A DNA stretch of 64,000 nt from an uncultured Methylomirabilota bacterium (GTDB taxonomy: Bacteria > Methylomirabilota > Methylomirabilia > Methylomirabilales > 2-02-FULL-66-22): assembly GCA_963705305.1 (NCBI GenBank), contig OY970067.1, positions 576,001 through 640,000 on the forward strand. Reading direction: 5' to 3'. Below the pieces are notes generated by a model. It saw only the letters and a program-made list of their open reading frames with translations, did no database searches and had not been told where the DNA came from. This document shows, in pieces, positions 42,895-51,970 of the stretch. A program made the translations under genes and the position numbers. Positions within the stretch are counted from its first letter, which is position 1. Every line of letters starts with the position of its first letter.

Positions 42895-43475
42895 GCCTTC
42901 GGCGCCTCCTCTCCACGGAGCAGCCCCGGCAGATCCCGGAGCGTGTGCCAGAGCCCCAGCGTCCCGCCGACCGGCAGCCCGCAGTAGACCACCCATATCG
43001 GGAGCCCCGTGGCCGGTGACCGCTGGACGTGCTGGAGGAAGCTCAACTCCAGCCCGCCCACGCCCAAGAAGAGGAACATCCCGGCGGTCCCCAGCCAGCA
43101 GATCCAGTCCACGGGCCGCTGGAGCGCCCTGGGCAACTTCGGCAGCACCTGCATGGCCGGATGGGCTCGTTCCCGTTGGGCGACGGCCATCCCCAGGAAG
43201 GTGATCCAGAGCAGGAGATACGTGGCGGTTTCCCCGGACCAGGACAGAGGCTGATGCAGGAAAAACCGGAAAATGATCTGGAGGATCACGACCGTCACCA
43301 CCGTGATGACGAGGACGATCCCGAGCACATTCTCAAACCGCGCAATCCCACGATCGATGGTGCGCCCGAGGGAAGAGGAGGGTCGAGCGCAGCTGGCCGC
43401 GGTCGGTTCCATGCCAGAATCCCCCACAGGCGATCGAGGTTGGAAGGTTGCGCACGGCGCCACGGAGGGGGACAT
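42885..43475 (-). CDS. dctQ: TRAP transporter small permease (start uncertain; 43412 is an alternative)
   Basis: 4 TM; IIFRFF..PLSWSGE; lies between dctP and dctM. Confidence 0.85.
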   Translation of the reverse strand: MSPSVAPCATFQPRSPVGDSGMEPTAASCARPSSSLGRTIDRGIARFENVLGIVLVITVVTVVILQIIFRFFLHQPLSWSGETATYLLLWITFLGMAVAQRERAHPAMQVLPKLPRALQRPVDWICWLGTAGMFLFLGVGGLELSFLQHVQRSPATGLPIWVVYCGLPVGGTLGLWHTLRDLPGLLRGEEAPKAWH

Positions 43476-43540
43476 CACGCCCCCCCTCCGTGGCGCCGTG
43501 CAGTCCGGCGCGCCCCCCCGGCGGGGGCCGCACGCATGGC

Positions 43541-44542
43541 CTACTGGTATTCCTTCAAGATCGGGTACAGCTCGCCCAGGCTGGGGCCGTATTTCTCCAG
43601 CACCGGGCGCGCGGCCTTCTGGAAAGCCGGGATGTCGGCGTCGTTGATCTTGACGCCAAGGGCTTTTGCCTTCTCGTAGTTCTTCTGCTCGTCGTCGGCC
43701 CAGGCCTTCCGCTCGAAGGGAATGGTCTCCTTGCCGGCCTGGAGGATCGCCTTCTGGATCTCGGGGGTCTGCTGGTTGAGCCACTTCACACTGACGAACA
43801 ATGGATCCACGCTGTAGAAGTGGTGGGTGAGGGAGAAGTAGGGCGCCACCTCGAAGTGCTTCATGGTCAGGTACCATGTGATGGAGTTCTCGGCCCCGTC
43901 AATGACCCCTTGCTGGATGCCGTTGTAAACCTCGTTGGCTTCCATCGGCGTCGCCTGAGCCCCAAGGATGTTGAACGTGTCGATCATGACGGGGTCCGGC
44001 ATGGAGCGTATCCGCAGCCCCAGCCTCTTCAGGTCATCGGGGGTGCGGATCGGCCCTTTCTTATTGTAGAAATCCCGCGTGCCCGAGTAATAGAGGCCGA
44101 GCAGCTTGAAGCCGTACTTCTCGGCAATTGCCCCATACGTCTGTCCCAGCTTGCCATCGAAAGCTGCAAAGAGCTTCTCAAGGCTGGGGAACGAATAAGG
44201 CAGGCTCCAGATGGAGAGCCGCTTATCGTACGTGCTCATGAAGGCTCCCCCGGTCTTGGCAATCTCGAGCGCGCCGCTGGCGACCTGCTCGTTCATCTGC
44301 GTGTGGCCACCGAGCTGCGCATTCATGAAAATCTTGACCTCGACCCGGCCGTTTGTGAGCTCAGCCACCCGCTTGGCGAAGAACTGATGGGCGAAGAATT
44401 CTGGATTCTGCTCGGTGCCCGTATCCCCCAGGCGGATGACCGTGGCAGCGGCCGCAGCGGGCGCTGTCGGGGTCAGCAGGCACAGGGCGAGAGCCAAGAG
44501 AATAAGGGTCGGAGGAATTCGCTGCCAGACAAAGTGTCGCAT
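43541..44542 (-). CDS. dctP: TRAP substrate-binding protein
   Basis: Signal peptide; GTRDFY, LRIRSM, EVYNGIQQGVIDGAEN motifs. Confidence 0.92.
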   Translation of the reverse strand: MRHFVWQRIPPTLILLALALCLLTPTAPAAAAATVIRLGDTGTEQNPEFFAHQFFAKRVAELTNGRVEVKIFMNAQLGGHTQMNEQVASGALEIAKTGGAFMSTYDKRLSIWSLPYSFPSLEKLFAAFDGKLGQTYGAIAEKYGFKLLGLYYSGTRDFYNKKGPIRTPDDLKRLGLRIRSMPDPVMIDTFNILGAQATPMEANEVYNGIQQGVIDGAENSITWYLTMKHFEVAPYFSLTHHFYSVDPLFVSVKWLNQQTPEIQKAILQAGKETIPFERKAWADDEQKNYEKAKALGVKINDADIPAFQKAARPVLEKYGPSLGELYPILKEYQ

Positions 44543-44673
44543 TGTTCAGGACCTCCCACGCGGTTGCAAGGCGAAAGCGGAAACCACCACTGTGCGGAAC
44601 GATCAAGCCCCTGGAGCAGGAACCGATCACCTCCTTTACCAGATGATCCCCTCAAAAAGCGGCCACCGGTGCA

Positions 44674-45390
44674 TCACAGACGGCACGTTGCCGCGGACTC
44701 AAACTTCACGCGATCAATCCGATACGACATGACCCCGGCTTCTGCCGGCTGCCCGTTCTGGAAGTAGCGGGTGGAGGTATTGACGAGGACGAGGACCCCG
44801 GGGACTATCCCCAGGAGGCTAGCCACCTCGTAGGTCACGGGGGTGATTTCCGTCTCCCAGGTATCCAAGACGATCTTCAGGCCCGCCAGCTTCTCCAGCA
44901 GGTGCAAGACGGGGCTGGTAGCCACCAACTGGGGGTTGAATTGTGCGCTTAGTGCGGAGGGGATGTAGTGCTGATCGAGGCAGAAGATGCGATCGTCCAC
45001 GGCCCGAATCAACGAAAGGCAGGCGACCGTCTCATGTGGCGCGAGGCGGAGGCGCGGGCGGATCGGGTCGGGGGGGGTGGTCGCGGGCTGCCATTGCGCC
45101 ACCCGCGTCTCCAGCTTGAGGCCCTGATCGTGCAGATCCTGTTCGATGGTGGTGAGCGGGAGGAGGTGGCGGGTGATCTTCGGAGGATTGACTATGGTCC
45201 CCCGCCCCCGCTCTCTGGACAGCAGCCCTTTTTGCTCGAGGCAGGAGAGCGCACGCCGGACCGTCACCCGGCTGACTTGGAAGCGCCGGGCCAGTTGCTG
45301 CTCTGCTGGCAGGAGCGAATTAGGGCCCATGCCCAGCATCTGCTCTTCCAGCGCTTCTGCGATAACCCAGTACTTTGCCCGGGTCCCCAT
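44674..45390 (-). CDS. GntR/HutC (UTRA) transcriptional regulator
   Basis: LPAEQQLARRFQVSRVTVRRAL wHTH plus UTRA-like domain. Confidence 0.9.
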   Translation of the reverse strand: MGTRAKYWVIAEALEEQMLGMGPNSLLPAEQQLARRFQVSRVTVRRALSCLEQKGLLSRERGRGTIVNPPKITRHLLPLTTIEQDLHDQGLKLETRVAQWQPATTPPDPIRPRLRLAPHETVACLSLIRAVDDRIFCLDQHYIPSALSAQFNPQLVATSPVLHLLEKLAGLKIVLDTWETEITPVTYEVASLLGIVPGVLVLVNTSTRYFQNGQPAEAGVMSYRIDRVKFESAATCRL

Positions 45391-45408
45391 CGATTGCCTC
45401 GTATTTTT

Positions 45409-45457
45409 ATAATAAAAACATCCCTACCTATCTGTCAATACCTATATGTCTAGACAT
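45409..45457 (-). promoter_or_regulatory. Promoter plus HutC-type operator palindrome
   Basis: Minus strand TTGACA-N18-TATTAT; ATGTCTAGACAT perfect palindrome at 45446-45457 fits the GT-TA-AC pattern. Confidence 0.65.
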
Positions 45458-45612
45458 TACAATTCAACAATTCTCTCCTCTCTCCTCCGCTAACAGCTTA
45501 GCAGTTCTGTCCCATGGCGGGTAAAGGGTGGTGAGCCCGGTTGAGTACCAAAAAACGGACCCACAACAACCTGTGGGCCACTCCAATACCACCTGGCCGC
45601 TCCTGGTCGCGA

Positions 45613-46644
45613 CTAGGCCTTGAGCACCTCCGCCACCAGCGGGGCGACCGCAACCGGCATCCCGGTTTCCACCGAGATAATCGTCGCCTCGATGATGGCC
45701 AGCGTCCGAACGTTGTCTTCCAGGTGCGTCTCCGGCTTCCGCCCCTCACGGATGGCCGTCAGGAATTCCCGCAGGGCATAGGCCTGGTCGGTGAACGACA
45801 ACGGGACGGGAGGGATCACCTCGGACGCCCCCGTCTCGTCGTACCAGCGTACCCGCGAATCGGCCTCCAGCCTGAGCATCCCCCGCTCTCCCATCACCGT
45901 GATGATCCCGTCCTGCGGGGTGCCGGGGCCGCGCCCCACCATCGTCCCGGTGTAGGCCACACTCATCCCCTGCTCGAAGGAGAGGATCGCATCCACGCCG
46001 GGAACGCCCTGGTACCAGCTCCAGGGGGGGCGCACGCCGACTGCCATGACCTGCCGGCACTCCAGACCGGTGCAGGCGCGCATGAGGTCGATGTGGTGCG
46101 GGGCCATGTCGAGGAGGAAGGGATGCGCCATCTTCTCCCGCCACCCATCCGTGGTTGTCCGCGTGATGGCCTGCCGGAACTCGTAGCCGATCGAGGCGAT
46201 CGTCCCGACCCGCCCGTCGCGCAGCGCCGCGCGCAGTGTCTGCGTCTGCGGCCGCCAGCGGTAGTTTTGATCCACCATCACCACCGATCCGGCCGCCCGT
46301 CGGGCGGCCCGGATCACCTCCCCGGCTTCGGCAACGGTCATCGCCAGCGGCTTTTCGGTGAGGACGTGCAGGCCGCGAGCCAGCGCGGCGACGATCGCCT
46401 CCTTGTGGACCATCTCGGGGAGAGCCACGATCGCCGCCTGAGCCTCCGAGCGAGCCAAGCCCTCCTCGATGGTGGCGAAGCGGCGAGCCGCCGGAACCTT
46501 GAACTCTTCCCCGACTGCGGCCAGCAGGTCCGGATGCTTGCCCACGAGCCCCGCCACCTCGCATTCCGGACAGGCCGACAGCTCGCGCAGCCAGTTTCTG
46601 CCAAAGAACCCTGTGCCCAAGACGAGAACGCGCAGCCTGTTCAT
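45613..46644 (-). CDS. Gfo/Idh/MocA oxidoreductase
   Basis: GTGFFG, TEKPLA, DMAPHHID motifs. Confidence 0.9.
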   Translation of the reverse strand: MNRLRVLVLGTGFFGRNWLRELSACPECEVAGLVGKHPDLLAAVGEEFKVPAARRFATIEEGLARSEAQAAIVALPEMVHKEAIVAALARGLHVLTEKPLAMTVAEAGEVIRAARRAAGSVVMVDQNYRWRPQTQTLRAALRDGRVGTIASIGYEFRQAITRTTTDGWREKMAHPFLLDMAPHHIDLMRACTGLECRQVMAVGVRPPWSWYQGVPGVDAILSFEQGMSVAYTGTMVGRGPGTPQDGIITVMGERGMLRLEADSRVRWYDETGASEVIPPVPLSFTDQAYALREFLTAIREGRKPETHLEDNVRTLAIIEATIISVETGMPVAVAPLVAEVLKA

Positions 46645-46660
46645 GGGTACCTCGTTGAGA

Positions 46661-47078
46661 AGCAATCAGCAATCAGCTTTCAGCGCTCAGCTTCAGAATG
46701 AAACGCGCCAGCATTCGTTTCACTTCAGCGGTGCCCCGGCTCAGACCCTCATACTCGTCCAGATCGAGATAGGCAAGCTCACGAGAGAGAAGGAGGTCAT
46801 ACTCGAGTTCGCTGGCGGATCCCATGGCAATCTGGAGGAACCGGCCGAAATCCGCATCTCCCCCTCACCCGCAGCCCTCCGCAATATTCCTCGCAATGGA
46901 GCTGGAGCTCCGCCGCATCTGGCCAATCAAGCCGTACTGTTCTTCCTTGGGGAATTTCCGCGTGGCCTCGTACACTTTCAGCGTCAGATGGGGAGCCTTC
47001 TGCCAGACTTTCAGCTTGCGAAAATCTTTCATTTCGGCACCATGTTATTGCCTGACGGCTGACTGCTGAAAGCTGGAA
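46661..47078. repeat. Inverted heptamer arrays flanking the four-helix-bundle gene
   Basis: AGCAATC AGCAATC AGCTTTC AGCGCTC (46661-46688) versus CCTGACG GCTGACT GCTGAAA GCTGGAA (47051-47078). Confidence 0.75.
46673..47032 (-). pseudogene. Four-helix-bundle protein (23S rRNA IVP/bAvd-like family) with an in-frame TGA
   Basis: Hand translation: MKDFRKLKVWQKA...FPKEEQYGLIGQMRRSSSSIARNIAEGCG*GGDADFGRFLQIAMGSASELEY...; TGA at 46865-46867. Confidence 0.88.
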
Positions 47079-47083
47079 GCCCG

Positions 47084-47857
47084 TTAAAGCGCGGCCAGAA
47101 TCCCCCCGTCCACGTAGATGATCTGCCCGCTCACGAAATCCGACGCCCGCGAAGAGAGGAAGACGGCGGCCCCCACCAGCTCCGACGGATCTCCCCAGCG
47201 CCCCATGGGCGTTCGCCCGCGAATCCACGCGTCGAATTTGGGGTCCTCGTAGAGGGGCCGATTCATCTCGGTGGTGAAGTAGCCGGGACCGATGCCGTTC
47301 ACTTGGATGTTGTACTTTCCCCACTCCACGGTCATGGCCTTGGTGAGCATCTTCACGCCGCCCTTGGCCGCCGTGTAGGCCCCCACGGTGGGCCGCCCCA
47401 TCTCGCACATCAGGGAGCAGATGTTGATGATCTTGCCCGCCTTGCGGGCGATCATGCCCTGGACCACTTGCCGGGTCACCAGGAAGAGCCCGGTCAGGTT
47501 GATGTCCAGGACCTCCCGCCACACCGCCTCCTCGAACTGCTCCAGGGGGCTCCGCCGCTGGATGCCGGCGTTGTTGACCAGGATGTCGATGTGACCGACC
47601 GCCTTTTCCAGAGCCGGGATCTTTTCCTGGAGCTGGGCCGCCTTCGACACGTCGAAACAGCAGCCCGAGACCTCCAGCCCCTCCCGGGAAAGGGCCGAGA
47701 CGGCCCGGTGGAGCTTGTCCTCGCTCCGGCCGTTCAGCACGAGCCGGGCCCCGGCCTGCCCCAGTCCGCGGGCAATGGCCATTCCCAGCCCCTGATACGA
47801 GCCGGTGATCAGGGCGACCCTTCCGGTCAGGTCGAAGAGCGGATTTGTCGTCGGCAT
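47084..47857 (-). CDS. Gluconate 5-dehydrogenase-like SDR (IdnO/KduD group)
   Basis: NNAGIQRR, KIINICSL, YTAAKGG, NGIGPGYF, RTPMGRWG motifs. Confidence 0.85.
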   Translation of the reverse strand: MPTTNPLFDLTGRVALITGSYQGLGMAIARGLGQAGARLVLNGRSEDKLHRAVSALSREGLEVSGCCFDVSKAAQLQEKIPALEKAVGHIDILVNNAGIQRRSPLEQFEEAVWREVLDINLTGLFLVTRQVVQGMIARKAGKIINICSLMCEMGRPTVGAYTAAKGGVKMLTKAMTVEWGKYNIQVNGIGPGYFTTEMNRPLYEDPKFDAWIRGRTPMGRWGDPSELVGAAVFLSSRASDFVSGQIIYVDGGILAAL

Positions 47858-47915
47858 GTGTCCTCGTTCCTCCGCAATCGGATGGTGTCTCGGTGGAGAC
47901 GGCCGGATCGGCCGG

Positions 47916-48755
47916 TCACTTGAACTTGTCCACCATGTCCTGGATGCCGGGGATCCCGCTCATGATATGCCGGTACTCGTCCTTGAAATTTTGCACCAGC
48001 GAGCGCTGGTGCTTGCCCACCAGGACGGTGAAGATGTACTCCTCATGCCCAGGCGAAGTCACTGTCGGGTGGTACCCCCGGTCCAGCAGGAAGGTGTCTC
48101 CGTTTCGCGTCATGAAGCATTGCGACGAGCCGTCGGGCTGGAAACTGAGCTGGGCGCCGAAACCGTTCTCCGGACGGAAGCGGTAATGGTATAGCTCTTC
48201 GAAAGCGGTCTCGGCAGAACCCTGCTCCTCGTCGTGCTTGTGGGGCGGATAGCCGGACCAGCAGCCCTCGTCGCAGTACAGCTCGCTCACCAGCAGATTT
48301 CCCGCGCGGCTCGCCCCGTTGTGCCCGAGGACATGGAAGATCCGCCGGTGCGACTTGCTCTCGGCGGAGCCGATATCCACCACCTCCACCTCGGCGGGGA
48401 GCACGCGAAACGGCGGGAACTTCGTGTCGCAGCGGCCGCCCGCCACGGCGATCTCCGTCCCGGCCCGGCTGCCCCGCACCTCGACCGGGGCCCCGCTGGT
48501 TGCGTACACCGAATCCGCCTTCCCCGACCAGAGATCGGCCCGCTGTCCCACACCCTTGAACCATTGGCCGCCGACCTGGATGTCCGCCTGCCCCGAGAGG
48601 ACGACGTACACGGCCTCGAATCCCGGGGCGGCTGCGCGGTACTCCTCCCCGCGTCCGAGGCGGACCAGGTTGAAGTACGTCAGGGACAGGGTCCCGGTCT
48701 TCTCCGTAACGATCGGCTGGTTCCTGTTGTCGTAGCGGCGAACGAGTGCCGGCAT
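47916..48755 (-). CDS. iolB: IolB/KduI-family isomerase (5-deoxy-glucuronate isomerase-like)
   Basis: WSGYPPHKHD, EELYHY, GYHP motifs. Confidence 0.85.
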   Translation of the reverse strand: MPALVRRYDNRNQPIVTEKTGTLSLTYFNLVRLGRGEEYRAAAPGFEAVYVVLSGQADIQVGGQWFKGVGQRADLWSGKADSVYATSGAPVEVRGSRAGTEIAVAGGRCDTKFPPFRVLPAEVEVVDIGSAESKSHRRIFHVLGHNGASRAGNLLVSELYCDEGCWSGYPPHKHDEEQGSAETAFEELYHYRFRPENGFGAQLSFQPDGSSQCFMTRNGDTFLLDRGYHPTVTSPGHEEYIFTVLVGKHQRSLVQNFKDEYRHIMSGIPGIQDMVDKFK

Positions 48756-48957
48756 GGGCTGCTCCTCTTCCTGGAGATTGGAAGGCGCCAATTCCCCGCG
48801 AGGCGTCTGTGCCGCGCTGGGAATCGGGAGAGCGCACCGTTCAGGGCGAAACGAACCGCAGTATCATAGCACCGATCAGGAAGGCTGACATCTTCAGATT
48901 GAGGTGGGGCGGCACGGCGACTTGTCTCGCGGCGGCTCCTCGCCCGTCGGCTCAATG

Positions 48958-49617
48958 TCAGCCGCCCAGGAGCGCCTTCAGGCGTGCCACAGCGGTTTCC
49001 GGCGCGGTGAGTACCGGCACGGCGACTCTCGCCTGGACCGCCGGTCGGGCCCTGGACATGGAGAACTGTGCCAGACAGATTACGTCCACGGCACCGGCCA
49101 ACCGCCCGGCGGCTTCCCCCACCAACTGGTCGTGCCTGGCCGCATCCCCGGCGCTGAGCGCCTCCATGGCCCCTGCGGCCAGTGCGCTTCTCACCTGAAG
49201 CTCCAGTCCCCGCCCTCTCGCCGAGGCCCGCAGCTGTTCCTCCTGGAGGGGTATCGTCGCGGGAAAGGTCGCCACCACGCCGATGCGCGTGCCCGCGTCC
49301 ACGGCGGCGGCCACCATGGCCTCGTCCGGCTTGAGGAGGGGGACGCATACGAGGCGCCTGGCCGCATCCATGGCAGGAGTGAAAGCGGAGCAGGTGAACA
49401 GGATGCCATCGGCGCCGGCACGCGCCGCGTATGCCGCCAGATCGCAGATCCGTTGCACGATGTGCGGCGTCAGGCCGCCCTCGCGTCCCAGTGCCGGGAG
49501 CAGGTCATCGTCCAGAAGGCTGGCCACCTCGGCCTCTGGCCATCCCTGCGTGAAGGCCTCAAGGATCGGGGGCATCGAAATGGGAATGGCATGGATCAGC
49601 GTGATGCGCGGCCTCAA
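48958..49617 (-). CDS. Asp/Glu/hydantoin racemase-family protein
   Basis: ILFTCSAF, KPDEAM, ATFPAT, LAQFSM motifs. Confidence 0.75.
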   Translation of the reverse strand: MRPRITLIHAIPISMPPILEAFTQGWPEAEVASLLDDDLLPALGREGGLTPHIVQRICDLAAYAARAGADGILFTCSAFTPAMDAARRLVCVPLLKPDEAMVAAAVDAGTRIGVVATFPATIPLQEEQLRASARGRGLELQVRSALAAGAMEALSAGDAARHDQLVGEAAGRLAGAVDVICLAQFSMSRARPAVQARVAVPVLTAPETAVARLKALLGG

Positions 49618-49703
49618 TGCGTTCCTCTCAAAAGGGTTCGACAGCGGCGGCGGAGACGTTCAGCGCGCATCTCCGCCGCCGTGGTCGCGGCTGCTGTGGA
49701 TCT

Positions 49704-50774
49704 CTACAGGCCGGCCGGCAGCGGCAGGCCGAATCGCTGGGACGCATTCCGGAGCTTGAGGATCGTCCCCTCCGGAAGCGGGATCCCGCTCTTGGAGCGC
49801 TCGTCGTGCACGCGGTCCTCGGGCTCGCCGGGCACCAGGACCTCTGTGAAGCCCTCGGCCGTGGGCAAGGCCTTGATCCCGTCCACGATCGCATCGGCGT
49901 TGGTCGTGTACTGCCCCAGGTCGGTGAACGTCGCAATGTCGATGGCCGCCACCACGCTGTTCTGCCGGTGGGTCATGGCGCCCGGCTGCCCCTGAAATGC
50001 CGGGGTCAGCAGCGGGTTGCCGACGAAGAGACTGGTCAGGCATTCGAACAGCATGGCCAGGCCGGACCCCTTGCCGCCCCCTGCCGGCAGCAGGACGGCG
50101 GCCTGCTTGGGGTCGGTGGTGGGCTTCCCGTCTTTGTCCAGCGCCCAGCCTAGCGGAATGGGAATCCCCTTGTCCTCGGCCACGTCGATCTTGCCGCGCG
50201 CGGCGATGCTGGTGGCCATGTCCAGCATCAGGGGCCGATGCCGCTTCCCCGGCACGCAGATGGCGATCGGGCTGTTGTGCACGCCGACGGCCCGGGCGCC
50301 ATGGGGAGCCATGTTGGGCGGATTGCAGACGATGGCGATCCCCGCCATCCCCTCCTTGGCCGCCATCAGGGAGTAGTAGCCCATGGCCCCCTGGTGGAGG
50401 GTGTTGCGGATCACGGCCCACCCGATGCCGACCCTCCGCGCCTTCTCGATGGCCTTCCGCATAGCCATCACGGTCACCACCGGCCCCGGCGAGTAGTCCG
50501 CGTCGACGAGCAGGATGGCCGGCGTCTCCTTCTGGATCTGGATGTTCGGCCGGGGCTTCATGTGCCCCTTGTCCACGAGCTCCAGGTACCAGGAGAGCCG
50601 CTGCACTCCGTGCGAGTCCACGCCGCGGAGGTTCGCCCACACCAGCACGTCCGCCTGGGCCTCAGCCCCCTCGGCCGTGAAGCCCGCCTTCTCGAACACC
50701 GCCTTGATGAACCGCTTCAGATCCTCTGCCTTCACCCGCACGTCGTTGCCTGCCATGGACATCCTCGCTGTCAT
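49704..50774 (-). CDS. Ldh_2-family (malate/lactate/ureidoglycolate-type) dehydrogenase
   Basis: RGVDSHG, LDMATS, KGSGLA, VPGEPE motifs. Confidence 0.9.
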   Translation of the reverse strand: MTARMSMAGNDVRVKAEDLKRFIKAVFEKAGFTAEGAEAQADVLVWANLRGVDSHGVQRLSWYLELVDKGHMKPRPNIQIQKETPAILLVDADYSPGPVVTVMAMRKAIEKARRVGIGWAVIRNTLHQGAMGYYSLMAAKEGMAGIAIVCNPPNMAPHGARAVGVHNSPIAICVPGKRHRPLMLDMATSIAARGKIDVAEDKGIPIPLGWALDKDGKPTTDPKQAAVLLPAGGGKGSGLAMLFECLTSLFVGNPLLTPAFQGQPGAMTHRQNSVVAAIDIATFTDLGQYTTNADAIVDGIKALPTAEGFTEVLVPGEPEDRVHDERSKSGIPLPEGTILKLRNASQRFGLPLPAGL

Positions 50775-51189
50775 GGGTTATCCGTCTGGGGCCGGCGCGC
50801 CCGCCGGTCATACTTTCTTACTATATCACGAAATTCCGGTAAGGAGACGCTACAGCAACGAGTACAGGGAGGGGAGCGTCTTGACCGAGCTCCATTCGGC
50901 TAGGGGCCGCCCCAGGGTAGCGGGATCGACGCGGCCCGCGATGGCCGTGAGCGCCCGGGCGAGGCGGAAGTCCCGAGGGGCACACGCTCAGTCCCAATGG
51001 CCGCCGTGATCGCTCGGCGGGTCGCCGAGAGACCGTCGGCTGCAGGTTCTCGCCTCCAGGGGGAAAGCAGATTCGCCCAAAGACCATTTCATAGCGTAGA
51101 ATCCATCCAGAGCCGTACACTGGCGAGGAGTTCAAGGAACAGTCCGGCAGGACTTGCACCGCAACTGATCGAAGAATGGAGACCTCCCG

Positions 51190-51846
51190 ATGGGCATCCG
51201 CTTCTCTCCGAACACGACACTGATCCATTTTCCTTCTCCCGACGGGCTCAGGCTGGAGGGGCGCTTCACGCCGGCAGGGTCGGAGCGAGCCGTGGTCCTC
51301 TGCCATCCCCACCCCCTCTACGGCGGCTCCATGCTCACCCCCATCATCATGCACGTGGAGCAGGCCTTCCAGGAGGCCGGCTACACGACGCTGGCATTCA
51401 ACTTCCGCGGGGTCAGCGGCAGTCAGGGAGTCTATGGGGAAGGCCGGAGCGAGGCTGCCGATGTCCGCGGGGCCCTGGCATACCTGGTCGAGACCTTGAG
51501 AGGAGCGCCGCGCTTCCAGGCGGTGGCGGGCTACTCATTCGGCAGCTTCGTGGGTGGGCGCGTGGCGGCCTCCGACCCCGCGGTGCACTTCTACCTGGGC
51601 GTGGCCCCCCCTCTCGGCTCGTACGACTTCGGGTTTCTGCATACGGCGGCGTGCCGCATTGCCCTGATCGGGGCGGCCCGGGACGAGCACTGCGACGGGG
51701 ACCGCTTTGCGGCACTCGTGGCCGATCTGCCGGGCTCGCCCTGGATCCGGGTGCTGGACACCAACCACTTCTTCGCCGCGGCCGTCCCCGACCTCGTGGC
51801 AGCCCTCCGCGAGGCCATCGCCTGGGCCGCCCCGCCGCGCCCATAG
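51190..51846 (+). CDS. Alpha/beta hydrolase
   Basis: CHPHPLYGGSM, FNFRGV, GYSFG nucleophile, NHFF. Confidence 0.9.
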   Translation: MGIRFSPNTTLIHFPSPDGLRLEGRFTPAGSERAVVLCHPHPLYGGSMLTPIIMHVEQAFQEAGYTTLAFNFRGVSGSQGVYGEGRSEAADVRGALAYLVETLRGAPRFQAVAGYSFGSFVGGRVAASDPAVHFYLGVAPPLGSYDFGFLHTAACRIALIGAARDEHCDGDRFAALVADLPGSPWIRVLDTNHFFAAAVPDLVAALREAIAWAAPPRP

Positions 51847-51970
51847 CCGACCTCCGGAGCGCGGCAATTGGGGACGCATCCGGGTCCAGGCCGACCTCTC
51901 CCTGCGGCCGGCACGTGGCGGCCCCGAAGGGGACAAGATCTATGACCGACTCAGACTGACAAGGGAGGGA

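Noticed and set aside
46673..47032. Diversity-generating retroelement suggested by the Avd-like fold
   Set aside because: No reverse transcriptase and no TR/VR repeat pair in the window.
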